A stretch of DNA of 64,000 nucleotides from Dipteris shenzhenensis (lineage: Eukaryota): assembly GCA_047967505.1 (NCBI GenBank), contig CM106538.1, one strand, 5' to 3'. Shown here in pieces: positions 12,099 to 25,792 of this stretch. The position numbers and the translations under genes were made by a program. Under the pieces are notes generated by a model. It did no database searches. It saw only the letters and a program-made list of their open reading frames with translations, and had not been told where the DNA came from. Every line of letters begins with the position of its first letter. Within the stretch, counting starts at the first letter, position 1.

Positions 12099-14339
12099 GA
12101 TGCAAATGAAGCAAAAATCCCGAATGCTAGTGCCTACAAGAGAGAATCACACCAAATACCAGGTGCACCCAAATGTGTATGCCACAATAGAGTGAAATAT
12201 CACCAAAACTCATGTCTCAAAGCATCTGACTCATGTGCATATACTATGCATCCATATGAGCAAATCAGGCCCAAAAGAAAATGCCAACTATAATGGCAAT
12301 CCAAAATGCCAATAAGTGCCCAATGACTCAAGCATAAACACCATCCACTAGCATATGCATTAATAATATCTCATCCAAGAGAGCATAGCACTATCAGTGC
12401 ATCACATGCAATGTGTCAAAGCTATCCCTCAGCATAAAATAGCATCCATGTGCAAAGCGTCCATAAAAATAGCATCCCACAAGGCAATTTGGGCCTATCA
12501 ACGCATCCAATAAGGACCACAATGCATCCAAATGGCCTATAAATCATCCACTGCAACCCAATGCACAACACGAATGAGCACACACTACTCAAACTGTAAC
12601 CAGAGTGATCTGCATAAGGTATGCTGAAGAAATCATAGTCCCACGGTAATGACCGCTACTGAAAATAGAACCTGAGATGCCTCAAAACATGGGTGCCATT
12701 GCATAATCGGACTCAGCAAGAAAATCTACAAATATCTCTCTTCTGTCGAAACTCCAAAATCCCAACCGATGAGTGAGAAATGGGAGTCAACACTTATCCA
12801 CTGCCATGTGGCATAAATCTAAGGTTTCAAAACCTTAGAATGAAAAATGCATAACAGAGAGACGAAATCGAATACACAGAGATCTATAACTTTGAAAATC
12901 CTCCACCGAATTGTATAAGAACTAACAGGTAGGGGTTTTTGGGCGTCCGAAACGCAATGGGACAGACGATTTTGAAAACTGTGGTCTCAATCACTAGGTC
13001 CAACACACAAACTGAAAAACGTTTTTGGAAACAGAGCTGTTTGTAAACTCCACCGGAGTGCGAATGATGAGCAACATAGAAGTTTTAGGACCTCCTGAGT
13101 CCACCGGAACTGACAGATCTGCAAATGGTTACTCCAAACTTGAGTTCCAACACTCGGGCAGAAAAACGCAGAAACTGACACAGTGAGTCAGAAATCCAAT
13201 GAAATGATCCTAGATTCAAGAATGAAGGTGTTTCCAATCTCCTGAATTGAAGTGGACACCAAAAGCAAGCAATAGTTGCCTCTACAAGTTTATACAGAGT
13301 CTCTGTCATTGAACGGAACAGGAAAAAGCTCAAGAAACGACTTTTTCTTTGAAAACACTTAACAGGCTCTCAAAACCACTTCGCAAAACCAAAGTGACTT
13401 TTCCAAAGGTTCCTCCAAGGTCTCTACACACTCAGATGCAAGTAAAGTCACCCATAAAGCTTCCCATAGAGCTTCTCCTTCCTCCCACAGAGCTGTTGAG
13501 CTTCAAGCATTCACGCACGCTCAACTAGATCACCCGAGCTCTGATACCAGTTGAGAGTTCTCTCAACGGAAGCAAGAACAGAAGAGGGAGAGAGAGAAAC
13601 AAAGAGCCACACAAGTTTTGGTGGGTGCAGAACCACCCTAATCTTCTTTTTCATTCATTTATATATGTGTTTGAGTATTGTACATAACCAGGTAAAGGCA
13701 CAGTGACCTTTAACCCCCACACCTCCATGATAGGCCATCATAGTGGTTCTTCCTGAGTGAGAATGGAAATGGCATGTGGTTGGGTAGGTGGAAGATTGTG
13801 AACAAGAGCATTAGGCACAGCTCATGTTTAGCCATTTTAAGTATGGAAGTGGCTGCAATTCATGGATGATAGCATGCTTGCCATCTAACATTATTGCCTG
13901 ACAAGTTATGTAAAAGGTGAGAAGGGAGTAGCTTGTAGAAGGTAATGGGGATTTTGTTTATGTAGTAGCAGTCATGAGGTTTGAAGCTTCTTTCATGGGC
14001 AATTAGCAAGGTTTCTATGTCGTAATGAATGCTACACCTCTATCTAGCTGTGAGCTTGGTACCTTAGGGATCTGAGGACAACAACTACAAAGAGCACACA
14101 TCATAGTTGTTTCAAAGTGATGATGAAGACAGGAAGTGTTAGTGCCATTTCCATTTCTGTAGGGACGGGACCATTTGGTACTATGATTGCTCTGCAATCA
14201 CTTTGATCTTTGCTAGTGGATGCCCTTTTGGAAGATTTTCTTCAAACATGTTAATGTTGATTAGGTTATGGTTCTACAAGCTGCACACTTCAGGTTGTGT
14301 GCTAGAATTCCGGAGTCTGAGGATTGAGTTTGTGAAAGC

Positions 14340-14619
14340 CTGCATGAGGTGAGGGATCTTGTATATAAGGGTTGGCCACCTGTGTGGGTAGTGAGTTGTG
14401 CAAGGAGAGTTGTGGACATGTGAGAGTGCACGGGCTACTTTACTCGTGCTTGTTGAACGAGATTGTGTGCAATTTGAGCTGCATGAGGTGAGGGATCTTG
14501 TATATAAGGGTTGGCCACCTGTGTGGGTAGTGAGTTGTGCAAGGAGAGTTGTGGACATGTGAGAGTGCACGGGCTACTTTACTCGTGCTTGTTGAACGAG
14601 ATTGTGTGCAATTTGAGCT
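14340..14619. repeat. 139-bp tandem duplication
   Basis: CTGCATGAGGTGAGGG...GCAATTTGAG occurs twice, essentially identical. Confidence 0.9.
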
Positions 14620-16969
14620 ATAGAGGGTTATGATGGTGTTCTTGCTTTGTGCCCATAAATGACAAGTCCCATATGAGGGCAAGTAAAAAATCCCATTCGA
14701 CATCAAACTCAAGACTATTGGTAACTGGCTTTTGAACTCAGTCATGGAATCCTACAATACTGCTCCCAAGGATTGGCTACACAGCGTAGCCTTTGCTTGC
14801 TTCTCTTGGCTGCTCAAGGTCATACTGGTTGGCTCCTCAGGGCTAGAACTTGGGTTACTAGTGCTTGGTACTTAGACCAAAGTCAGGTTGGTTAAGTAGG
14901 GTCCAACATTTTGCCTTGGCTTTAAGTTAATCATGCCCTTGTGGCTGATGAGTTGTTCAAAAAGTGAGGGCAAGCCAATGGTAGGTTTTTGGTGACAAGG
15001 ATCAAATTTGTCTTTGCACCTCCTGGGGAGTGAACATTGCTGCTATAGGGACAATGGTGGCTAGTAAAGTGTGGGAGTAATAGAGGGATGAGGTGCCTCT
15101 GCAAGACTAGTCTACCTAAGAAATGACCTCTCACCACTCAATTGACTAGTGAAGCTTGGTTACAAATAGTGCTAGTGCCTGGGTGGAAGATTCTCTTTCT
15201 TGCATTTTTGTATGCGATCATAGGGTTCATTCTCCAATCAAGGGGGGATGAGGGGAGAAGACCATCAACATTTGGCGATCCTAATGGGGAAGAGAATTGC
15301 CAACCAAGGATTGTAAACAATGCTCTAGCAATTGCTCGAGACATCTGGGTTCACAATGCTCAAGTCCTCAAATTTGTGAAGAAGGCTTGGTGCACTTGGC
15401 ATCCGAACTTCTATAAACATCAAGCACATGGTGCCACGTGTCCATGGCCTCTGTAATTGCCAATCCCATTATTTGCTTGACCTATCTCAATAACTCTATG
15501 TAATACATAAGTAAAGTATCCACTGCCAACTAGGATAAATACCTATTTTAATGCATAAGCACCTGGCACTTCATTTTGAATGTCTTTCTCTAGCCACGAG
15601 CCTTATCTTTCTCTACCAAATCAAACTCAATGCAAGCTTGATCATAAATCGAGACTTCATCTAGAAGGTCACCTATCTATTTTATTTGCCATGAAAACCA
15701 AAAAGAACTGACCTAGAGCCAATTGCCACTATTGAAGGTGACTCTAGAGTTCTATAAGACACCTAAAAATAGGATCTACTATGGGTACACATCACAAACT
15801 GTTACTGGGGATACGCATAGAAAAAAAATTCAAAAAATAAGGGCTCAACTGTAGCATTCAGGGGATGTTTGAATGGTTGTCTCTACAAGACCGGGTAGAG
15901 AAGTTTGAGTACATGTTTCCATCCAACATTCTATAAGGAAGAAGATCCTATAGTTGTGAAGGGTTTAGGTTGAGGCTCAAAATCTATTAGCAATAAAGCA
16001 TGGGTCGTTGTCTTCTCATCCAAGTCTCTCCAACACCTCCTTAGCCACCATGGTGTAGGAACCAGTGGTTATTGTTGAAGCAACTAGCATATTGGGCTTG
16101 GTCATAGGTTGCAAGGTCAACCCTACCCTAGAGGCACCGCCCTTGTCATCATCTAATCCTCAACATCAAGCCAACCTGCTGGGATGCTTCTCAGGGCATT
16201 TAACCTTTCTTGCAAGGCCTGCATTTGTTATAGAGTAGCCACCTTTTCTGTTGGAGTGTGGCATGCTCTTGGCACAACTGACAGGATTTGGTAAGGATGG
16301 AAATAGGCTAGATGAGGGACTCTACTCACTTTTGATTTGCCATGAGGAATTTCTTTTGCATGGAGAGTCCATTAGGACATACTCCCATGCATCAATCCTG
16401 ATTCGAAAATGTTTGTAGTAGTATACCAAATTGAGTAGCTATTGTAACTCGGCACTGGTCAGCATAGACTATTGCTATTTGAACTTGTGCACTCAAATCT
16501 ATAGAATCCTATACTCAACCCACTCAATTGCCCAGCAGGATTACCAAATGTTGATGGCCTTTTTCACTATCCCCGAGTTGACTGGTTAAATGCTTCAACC
16601 AAGCTCCCAAAAAAATAGGCTCACAATGAAGATTCTCACTCTTGCAATCTATGGCTTGATATGTAGGGCTAAAGGTTGTCATGAAAGCATGGAATCTAAA
16701 GTTAAACTAACAAAGAGTGACACATCGTGTAGGCAAACCTTATGAAGACAGGCAACGTATTGCTAAACTAGAAAGACAAGAGAATATAAAAACTGAATAT
16801 CAACTATATTATGAAATCGTAGTCTATTTACAATAGCTCATGGTGGCTCAGTCACAATGTTCCACTCGGTGACTCTTAGACTCACTCTCTCCATGCCTCT
16901 ACTAGCTAAGAGGCTCTATGAATTCCTATGCAACAATCTATTGATAGGAGCAATGTGATACTGGAGCAA

Positions 16970-17440
16970 CAAATTGAGAAGCAAAGTGTGTAAAATACAC
17001 AACACATAAAGTGCACAAAATGGAAGAGAAAGAGAGACACCGATATACGTGGTTCACCTAGTGTGGGCTACGTCCACGGAGAAATAGCTAGTCTTGCATT
17101 TCTTATTCAGTGAGCAAGCAAGTGCAAGATACAAGCAATATATCCACTACTTTAATGCTATGCGAACCACATACTTGTTTATAATTTTTTACCACACAAT
17201 TCATGGGCCAATTTTCATGTGTTTGAATCCCTCAGCGACAGTAGTAGGGGGTCGTTGTCCCTCGTACACCCCCCTACATAAAGTGGGTATAAACACACCT
17301 GAGTCCAAAGCATGACTAAAATGATCTCCCAAAAAAGGATCAGGCTCCACATACAACGTCTCTCATACATATTGCTCACTACTACAATAATAGCTAGATC
17401 TATCCAGTTGAATCCTATATCTAAGAACTCCTACTGACTC
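16970..17440 (-). mobile_element. Probable old LTR remnant
   Basis: GTGGTTCACC...GGGCTACGTCCAC motif and a GGGGGT...ACCCCC hairpin resemble plant Copia LTR sequence. Boundaries are unclear. Confidence 0.35.
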
Positions 17441-19982
17441 CCCAAGTCACTACCTTCTAAAATTAGTCTAGCCACTATCATGGACCCCATTCTGCCATTG
17501 GATGTGGCGTTGTTGGATTCATGCCTTGGTCCTCAAGATTTAGAGCTCAGATTCACTGTCATCACCTGAGTCCTTGCCATTTCACAATCACCATCCAAAT
17601 CAACTCCATCATCCGAGTTTTCCATTGCAGCCCAGCTAACTTGAGTTGCCTGCTAACTAGAGGTTAACAATATCCATCAATAATTCGGATTGTACCAACA
17701 ATTGCCAATTGTATGCTTACCATTATTATTGTAGATCTAACAGTAAATTGAATCTTGCCTTGAGTTACTTATAATGCTGACAATATTTAAAGTTTCAATG
17801 ATAGTGTTGGCCCAAACAGCCTTTTCTATTGTCTCTTTATCGGATTCTTTCTTCCTCTTTTTCTTCTTGGATTGCATAACTTTGACATCTTCTAGGTCCA
17901 ATTTGATGGCCCAATCCTTGTCCTTTTCCATTGCCTACCAACCCAAGCCCCATTGATTCTACAACTTGTGCAACCTTGAATCTGCTACTCTATTTTCATA
18001 CAACCATCCATACTATAGGCGCCTCCTCAATGTTTGTATCTACATCTACCAATGGGGGCTCTTTATAGGGTAGCAGGCCCTCCAAAACTAGAGAACTTTA
18101 GCCTACCAGTCTGGATGCATCATTACTTTACATGTCAGGTCACATGAACTTTCTTTTCTTCTTCCTTTTTCTTTCTCTTTCATGATCACAACCTTTCTCT
18201 TCATCATCAAAACTAAAACTTAATTCTTTATTAGAATTGTCAACATTAAAATCTTCATCAGTGTTGTTGAAATTTATCTTTTTGTCAAAAACCATGTGAT
18301 TTTTTTTCCTTATCTTTCCTTGATGTCATGCCAAAGTGTCATTTTTCACTAGTTGTTCCACCAAGTCATTCAGATCATTTACATCTACAACATACTCTGC
18401 CACCTATAAAACTTCCTAGATTTCTATTCAAATTGCAAGAGTTATTCCTTAGTTGGTCTCTGTGCAACAGTGGGCCTCTAATTTGGATTTTTGAAATCCT
18501 AATCATAACCCTCTAATAAAAGATTTTCTTATTTTCATACTTCTAATTCTTTTCAATACCTTTTCAAGTGTATTCTCTTTTTGAAATCTTCCTAAGAGAG
18601 ATAATCTTAAGCATCATAAATTGAAGTTGTCTGTTGGTCTAATTAACCACATCTAGGAATATAATAATATCTAATAAATTCCAAAGCATGTGTTGTTTTG
18701 GTGTTCGATTAGGATCTGTTTGCATGATGCTTGCATTCTAAATGCGCTTTCAAAAGTATCTTTCAAACTTGTTATTTGCATTCATGTTGTTTGTGTGCAT
18801 GTGATCTCATCTAATAGCCTTGTCCATGTTTGGACTCATCTTCTTTATTCTTTCATTACAACTAATGTATCCACATTCCATTCAGACTCTGCTCTCATTA
18901 CATCTTAATATTAATCTAATCAACCACTACACACCATTAGAACACTGCGAAGCTCAAACCAACTTGAAGGATTGCTAGTGTTAAAGTAAAACCGATGCCT
19001 TTTCTCCAAATTTCAAAATATTAATAGAGATAACTACTACAACATCCTTTAGCAATGGAGAACTTCAAAATTAAGGAAGAACAATAAACAATCACTAGGG
19101 AAATAATTATTGAGAATTAAAGCTAAGAGGATTTCATTAATTTTCTGTACATCTCTCATAGTGGTAAGGCAAGCTCATAGAAAAGACGATACAAGTCTAT
19201 AATCAAATATCCCTAAGAGTGAATAGCAATTCATACATATAGCTGCAAAGTCAATTCTTGCAGAGTTTCTTGGAAAGCTGTCAAGAAGATTGTATCTTGA
19301 GACTCTTTTCCTTCAAAGAATTTTACACTAACTCTTTAGATTTATAATAGTCATATTTAAAGATATTTATTTTAGACACAAGCCTAACACAGAGCATGTA
19401 TAAGCTCTTTGATGTGTGACTTTGCTACTACAACAATGATATTTGATTCAGCTCCTCTCTAGTGTGGGCTAGTCCCTTGTTGAGAACCATATTCTCTATG
19501 AAGATGAGGTTGTGTAAACACTTGTCCTCCACACACAAGATCAAAATGATGCCTTGCACAATCTTTCCCTATGGATTGGTTAGAGGCAAAACAAACTCTT
19601 TTTCATGATGGAAAGAAAATAGTACCTAAATAAGCATTACAGAGATAGCTTTAAAATGAGTCAAATTTGAAAGCATTTGCATTAGGAGTGAAAAATTTAT
19701 TCTTGAAAAAACATGTGAGGTAAAAAAATAAAACAAGTTTGTATTCCTCAAGGACTCTACGAGTAGCCTTTTTTAGCCAACAAAAATGAAAGAATACAAG
19801 GCTGAAGTCCCGAAGGGGTGTCGGTGAGCTCCAAAAATCTAGAGGAAATCAAACTTAAGAGAAAGACTATAGTAGTGAACGTATATGTAAGGATGCACAA
19901 TGCACATATCATGTCCTTTTTATCTTCAAGAATAGTAAATTTCTAACTAAGTTGTGAATTTTAACAGTAGTTTGGCAAAAGA

Positions 19983-20012
19983 ACATAAAAGTGTCCTAGG
20001 ACACTTTTATGT
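19983..20012. repeat. Perfect 30-bp palindrome
   Basis: ACATAAAAGTGTCCT|AGGACACTTTTATGT. Confidence 0.95.
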
Positions 20013-20297
20013 CCTGTCAACTTAGCTACTTCCTAGAATTATTATAAGGCATTGATTGATAATGTATTTTGAAGTTTTTATTATTGGCCGTAAAATCTTA
20101 CGTGCTAACACAAACTTGGGATGATCATGGCTTGGAACTCACAACGACGACTTTGAGTTTTACCTAAAGTTTAAAGGTCAAGTTATCATCTTAATTTGAT
20201 CAAAATTTCAAACTATTTTCTTAAGTTTAAAGGTCAAGTTGTCAAGTTCAATTTAAGCAAAATTTCAAGCTATTTTCTCAACTTTTAGAGTAGATTG

Positions 20298-20458
20298 CGA
20301 TATTTCTTGATTAAAATTGCTTTATTTAGAGTTTTGAAGTCCCATAGTCAAATCATAACTATAAAACATATGTTTACACGATATTTCTTGATTAAAATTG
20401 CTTTATTTAGAGTTTTGAAGTCCCATAGTCAAATCATGACTATAAAACATATGTTTAC
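20298..20458. repeat. 81-bp tandem duplication in AT-rich DNA
   Basis: CGATATTTCTTGATTAAAATTG...ATATGTTTAC occurs twice. Confidence 0.9.
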
Positions 20459-22632
20459 GTTGCGTTTGGAGTTAGATGACCATACTTACTATGATGTATG
20501 GACTCAAAATTCAATTTTGTGAATGCTAATTATTAGGTAAATTTTCATCTTTTGCACATTATTTGATATGTATAAAATGTCCCGAACTCAAACATACTTT
20601 GTATATGTTCTCAATATGATATTATGGAGTAGCATGAGTTTTTAAGGGACATATGATGAAGAACATCAAATTCAAACATGATTTTGATTGTTCGATATAC
20701 TAGAATTTATAGTGATTTCAAGATACAAGGATTAAGTGATATCACATGAACCTTCAAAGGTCTAGAGAACTTTTATTGGGTGTATCTAGCCATAACTAAC
20801 GAATAACAAAAAAAAGTTCTTACAAGTAGAACACTTATGGATATCTTAAATAAAAGTGAGATTTGTTGTTGTGAAACATGTTTTGAATCTTGTCTAAGTG
20901 AAAACCTATGATTGTGCTTGTATACAATGTAATACTTGATAATGAGGATGATATTATTAATTGTGTAAAAAAAGAAATAGTTATATTGTCGATTGAGGAG
21001 AGTCTAAATAAATGGAAAGAAAGTACAATTCATAAAATATTAAATACTCATACTAGCATAAGTACAAGAAATTGATATGTTTTATGCCATGGCCCATTTA
21101 TTTGCATGAGATGCATAGCTCTATATTGTAGTTTCATTCCATTTTTGTTTTCATCTTCAATGCAAGTTAGGTCGCAACAGTTCATAGCAACTCCAAAGCA
21201 CGGTCAACTTCAACAAGGTCTTCTTGACACGTCATTTTTTCAGCCCGTAAACCCAAGCTAGGCTAAACCCCTAGCCCAACTTGGGCAAGCAAACCTCTAA
21301 AACATTCCTATGAGCTCTCAATTTTTCAAAAAAACTCCCATGAGTCCGATTTATAACATTAGTCCACGTGTAATCTCAAATAACAGGCAATGTAGTATGT
21401 TTCTTTTACTTTGCAAGCTCTACTTACAATATATTATGCAGTTTCCCATGTTTTTTTGCAATATAAGTCTACTATGTCTCTTTATAAAACTCGAGGATAA
21501 AAACAAATTAAGGTACCATAAAGCAAAAACTAGGTAATAGCCAACTATTGTGAGAACTCTAGTAGCAATAAACAGAATATTCTAAGAAAACTTGGGTTTT
21601 TGGATCAGAGTATCCTCCATTAATAGTAGCGTCTTACTTATAAACAGTATCCGACTTTTTTTACCATAAAGAAGCCAAATATGAGAAGGACAATCATGTC
21701 CAACCACATCTACATATATTGATTTTTTTGCTATATAGGTTTATGTAGCACAAACAGTGAGCTATATAGTATACATTTGTAGATAATCAGGGGTACTACA
21801 GGAAGATAAGATGTCACTTCTAAGAGCACTATCATCCCTCGTTTCATATATGCTCGGATACGCAGACCAGCAACGTCCAAACAGGCAAGAAAAACTCGCA
21901 AGACTCCCCGGAGGATCTATCTCCAATTTTTTGAATGTGCCTCTCAAGCGAATAGTAGGAGGAAGCCAAGACGAGACCTAACCACAAGTATACGTAGCTT
22001 CGGTATTAGACATCCATTCATGGTGAACACATATCGTTGGTCGACCTAAAGATTGTTTGCAAGCTTCCCCCACAAACAATCAGGAATATCGTTTGCAAGC
22101 CTCGGAATGTAAAGGAGTCGTTTACGTAACAATCAGGAGTGTACATTACGACAGACAAGCCCTGAGTGACGACCAATGTCCCAAACAATGGCCCTATACA
22201 GCTTAACCACCTTTACATTTCTGACCGAAAACCATTTCATGCAAATGAATAAGGCTCGTCTCGCCAGCATGCCCACAAACCAACGCACTCTTTATCAACG
22301 CGCGCGCGTGTATACATACACACACACACACACACACACAACTATAATACAACTGGTGGGGCATAAGTTTGTAATTCAAATCACACAATGTATTTGAGAA
22401 TCCTTGAAGTTGAAATCTTTGAAGCCAGAAATATGTTCGATTTGAACTTTTCTATTTTCATAAAGTTGACTACTGTTGAGCCTAACTTGGGTGTACTTAG
22501 TTGGAAGTATCAAATTTTCGGTATAGTCGATTGCTATAGTGCTGCATTTTGGCACACATAAGCACAGGTTCTCTTCTCTCTCTCACACACACTCACACAC
22601 ATACACACACACACATGTATACTTCCCCAACT

Positions 22633-23350
22633 ATCCTCCCATAGCTCCTCTAATCCTTTCTCAACTCATGCACTCATTCGCTCCTTACTTCACTTGTGAC
22701 TTAAACTTCACATGGGTGAAATTCATATGGTTGTCTATATTCCTAGGCAAAGCGATAACAAGCCGGGGAAAACATGCATTACCTATTTACTTAAACGTAA
22801 CTATGATGTTCTAACACCTACTTTCTTTGGATGGTGGTAGGTAAGTAGACCTTGATCTCGAAACTTGGATTGCTTGAGGATTTAGCATTTTAGGGATGCA
22901 TACACACACACACATAATAATTTCGATTAGTAAATGTATTTCACACATACAAACACTTATTTCTTTACACACACACACACACACTCCCAACTATGAATTA
23001 TTCTTTTATGTAAACTCTCGGTGAAATCTTCCCTTTATACTCTCTTTTCAACCATCCCATGCATCAAGTACACTAATCCTCCCATATCTCCTCTAATCCC
23101 TTCTCAACCTATGCACTCATTCGCTTCTTACTCCACTTATGACTTAAACTTCACCTAAGTGTCTTAAGCTTTTTTTAAATTATCTAAGAATTCATATGGT
23201 GTCTATATTCGTAGGTAAAGCGATAACAAGTCGGGGAAAACAAGCATTATTTGTCTACCCAAACGTAACTATGATATTCTAATACTTAGTTTGTTTGGAT
23301 GGTGGTAGGTAAGTGAATCTTGATCTCGGAACTTGGACTCCTTAAGGATT
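22633..23350. repeat. Two diverged ~260-bp direct repeats interleaved with (CA)n microsatellites
   Basis: ATCCTCCCATA...CTTGATCTCG...AGGATT occurs at ~22633-22883 and ~23076-23350. Confidence 0.8.
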
Positions 23351-23986
23351 CGACATCTTTTTTTAATATTGTGTTTATCAAACTTAATATTATTAAAAAT
23401 TCTTAATTTTGGGAGAAATTTGTGCAAACTCTAGTTGCATTTTTCAACTTAGATGTTTATGTTGTCCTTTTTTAACTTTTTATTCAATTGATAGAATTAG
23501 TTCTATGACTCAATTATTGATGGGATTTTTAAATCTAAACACATACAAATACGCACGCACGTACGTACTTGTCCTCTTGCACCCCTTTTAAAAAGAAAGG
23601 GGAAGGAGTGAGAGGTACTAGGTGGCTAGACTTAAGAGTGATATAAAATCTCAGATACTAATAGAATCAATGTCCTTTGATATGGAGTGGATTGAGGGTA
23701 GGGTGGATTTAAATCATGGGACATAGTTAAGATGAAATAGACCAATTGGCACATAGTTTTATGTATGGGTGGAAATATCATAATAATTATTTAAAGTGAA
23801 AATGACTCTCTTACTAGATGATGCTTATTAGATTGGATGAAAAAAAAAGAGTCTATTTGATGGAAGATATGTATGTCATACATCTTGGAGTATAAGTGGT
23901 TTTCGAGCATTCAAAATTTGTTAAAAAAGAGAGTAATTGAGATACATGTTTTTTCTAATTAGGCTCTATTTCCCTTTAGAGGTGAT

Positions 23987-25055
23987 TATTACGATATGGG
24001 GAAACTTGACCAGTCACACTACCAACCAACGGATCCTTTTGGCTCTTTGGTTAGCATTAGAGATAAATAACCATATGGACACAACTATTGACCATACAAA
24101 GGCGGATTAGCGCGCACTGGAAATGGAGACAAGCGGGTACGTTAGGGAGGACTTGTGGTGCATTAATTAGGACGGTTGCTCGAGTAAATGCGTGGTGTTT
24201 TTTGGGGAAAAGTCTCTGAGGGACTTCACCCTGGGATACCGTGTCTGTCTGCACTCTGTGCGAGAACAAGTACGATTGGGGGAAGCAATTCATGTTTCAC
24301 TTGTGTCCCCAAAGGAAGAGTCCTACTTCTATTAGGCACGACTCCTAGAGTGAGGTAACTTCTGTCAAGCACGACCCTCGGGGAACGTGGGATTCCTGGC
24401 AAGCGCCAGCTTTCATTGAGGACGGCACAGTTTTTCGTCAAAAGAAGAAGTGGGAGCGTATCGTCGAGGGACGGATTGTCTGACCACTGCAGAACGGCCA
24501 GATTTGTGAGCTATGGACACAGATTAGGTGACTGTTAATGGCCTTGGAATTGTAAACACCTCAAGCGCATATTGGGACGCATTAAGGCCTGGCTACTTTC
24601 ATCTTCGGATCGTCGACGCCTTGGGCTACTGCATAGAGATGGAGTCCACGTTCAGAGATTGAGTGTCGCTCTTGACACAGTGATGCTTCACGAGCTTGTT
24701 CGACGTTGAGCCTAGTCCACTAGTCGTGAGTGAGAGCCTCCTCCTCCACCCATCTCACGGAACGAGTCTTGTGCTTTGTGTGTGAAATATGAAAGGTGAC
24801 TAGGTGGGTGTTTTATCTTGTGTATTGGAGAGTCTCCAAAATTACTTGTATAAAGAACGGGGGAAGCTCTTCTGTATTAGGCGACAGTCATCCCCGACCA
24901 CACCCTCAAAGCTAGCCATGGCTGTAGAAGGGGCTAGCCGAATGAATGAGGGAGCCCAAGCGTTGATATTGTGTACTAGCTGAGTTTACCTTGTCATAAG
25001 GTTCCCCTCTATAGCAAGGAGGGAGTTTGCTAGGTCCTAGCAGACGCGCGTTACA
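23987..25055. mobile_element. Putative ~1.07-kb solo LTR
   Basis: Higher-GC block in AT-rich surroundings. Termini are TATTACG...CGTTACA (degenerate TG..CA inverted ends), flanked by TGAT/CGAT. Confidence 0.45.
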
Positions 25056-25459
25056 CGATCTGGTTGAGTGCCCCTGTGTGTGCCAAAATGCAGCACTATA
25101 ACAGTCAACTATATTGGAAATTTGATAAGATGATGGCTTCCTTTGATACTTCCTTCCGAGTACACCCAAGTTAGGCTTAACAGTAGTCAACTTTATGGAA
25201 ATAGAAAAGTTCCAATTAAACATATTTCTGGCTTCAAAGATTTCAACTTCAAGGATTGTCAAATACATTGTGTGATTTGAATTACTGACTTCTGCCCCAC
25301 CAGTTGTATTACAGTGGTGGTATAAAAAGTAACAACCCAACTGCTTTGACTTGAGCCAAACTTTCCTCACCAAAAGAGGAAAGGGGGAAAATGCAATTCA
25401 ACGATTCCAAATATGATGTTTCTACCACCTCACACAAAGCTTAAAAGCTACATCTCCAG

Positions 25460-25576
25460 TCATAGATCGTTTTCAATAATATTCCGTAGAGTATCCCTGG
25501 GGACCAAACCTTCTGCTCGAATCACATCCTTTCCACTATCTTTGCTCACGAATAGAATAGTAGGCAAGCCTCGAAC
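25460..25576 (-). CDS. TRXz: Thioredoxin z (CITRX)-like gene, last coding exon
   Basis: After a CAG acceptor it translates to VRGLPTILFVSKDSGKDVIRAEGLVPRDTLRNIIENDL*, matching the TRXz C-terminus (VRGLPT...KDAIRTEGL...IIDNE). Confidence 0.9.
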   Translation of the reverse strand, partial: VRGLPTILFVSKDSGKDVIRAEGLVPRDTLRNIIENDL

Positions 25577-25711
25577 CTGAACCAGTTTTCCAAATGTCAC
25601 AAAACAATCATGATGCTATCAGTCTATATTAGTTCTTCATGCACTACACAAATACTTTTATGTGTACATTAGATGCACTAACAATTAGAGGAATAAAAAG
25701 AATAATCAAAC

Positions 25712-25792
25712 CTGCATTTTGTTGGCAAGCTCATATTCCTCATCCGTATCAATCTTGACAAATCTCACATAGTGACCATACTCCACAGCCAG
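25712..25792 (-). CDS. TRXz: Thioredoxin z (CITRX)-like gene, penultimate coding exon
   Basis: 81-nt exon bounded by CAG and GT, encoding LAVEYGHYVRFVKIDTDEEYELANKMQ. It splices in frame to the last exon across a 135-bp intron. Confidence 0.9.

Larger units (their letters stand above)
7798..13721 (-). mobile_element. Full-length decayed Ty1/Copia LTR retrotransposon (Tnt1/Tork-like)
   Basis: ~170-bp LTRs at 7798-7968 and 13552-13721. tRNA-iMet PBS at 13538-13549 and PPT (TAAGTGGGAGG) beside the 3' LTR. TSD is GCTCC/CCTCC. Domain order is gag-PR-INT-RT-RH. Confidence 0.95.
22341..25316. repeat. Long inverted repeat pair (22341-22559 and 25075-25316)
   Basis: TAATACAACTGGTGGGGCA...GCATTTTGGCACACA is the diverged reverse complement of 25075-25316. 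The right arm has ~21 extra nt between TTTGATA microrepeats. Confidence 0.85.

Noticed and set aside
17690-18000. Possible SWIM-finger/MULE transposase relic on the minus strand
   Set aside because: Too degenerate to support.
21762-21980. Short ORFs on both strands in non-repetitive-looking DNA, with a small hairpin nearby at ~22051-22081
   Set aside because: No recognisable protein similarity, and the stem is too short for a miRNA precursor.
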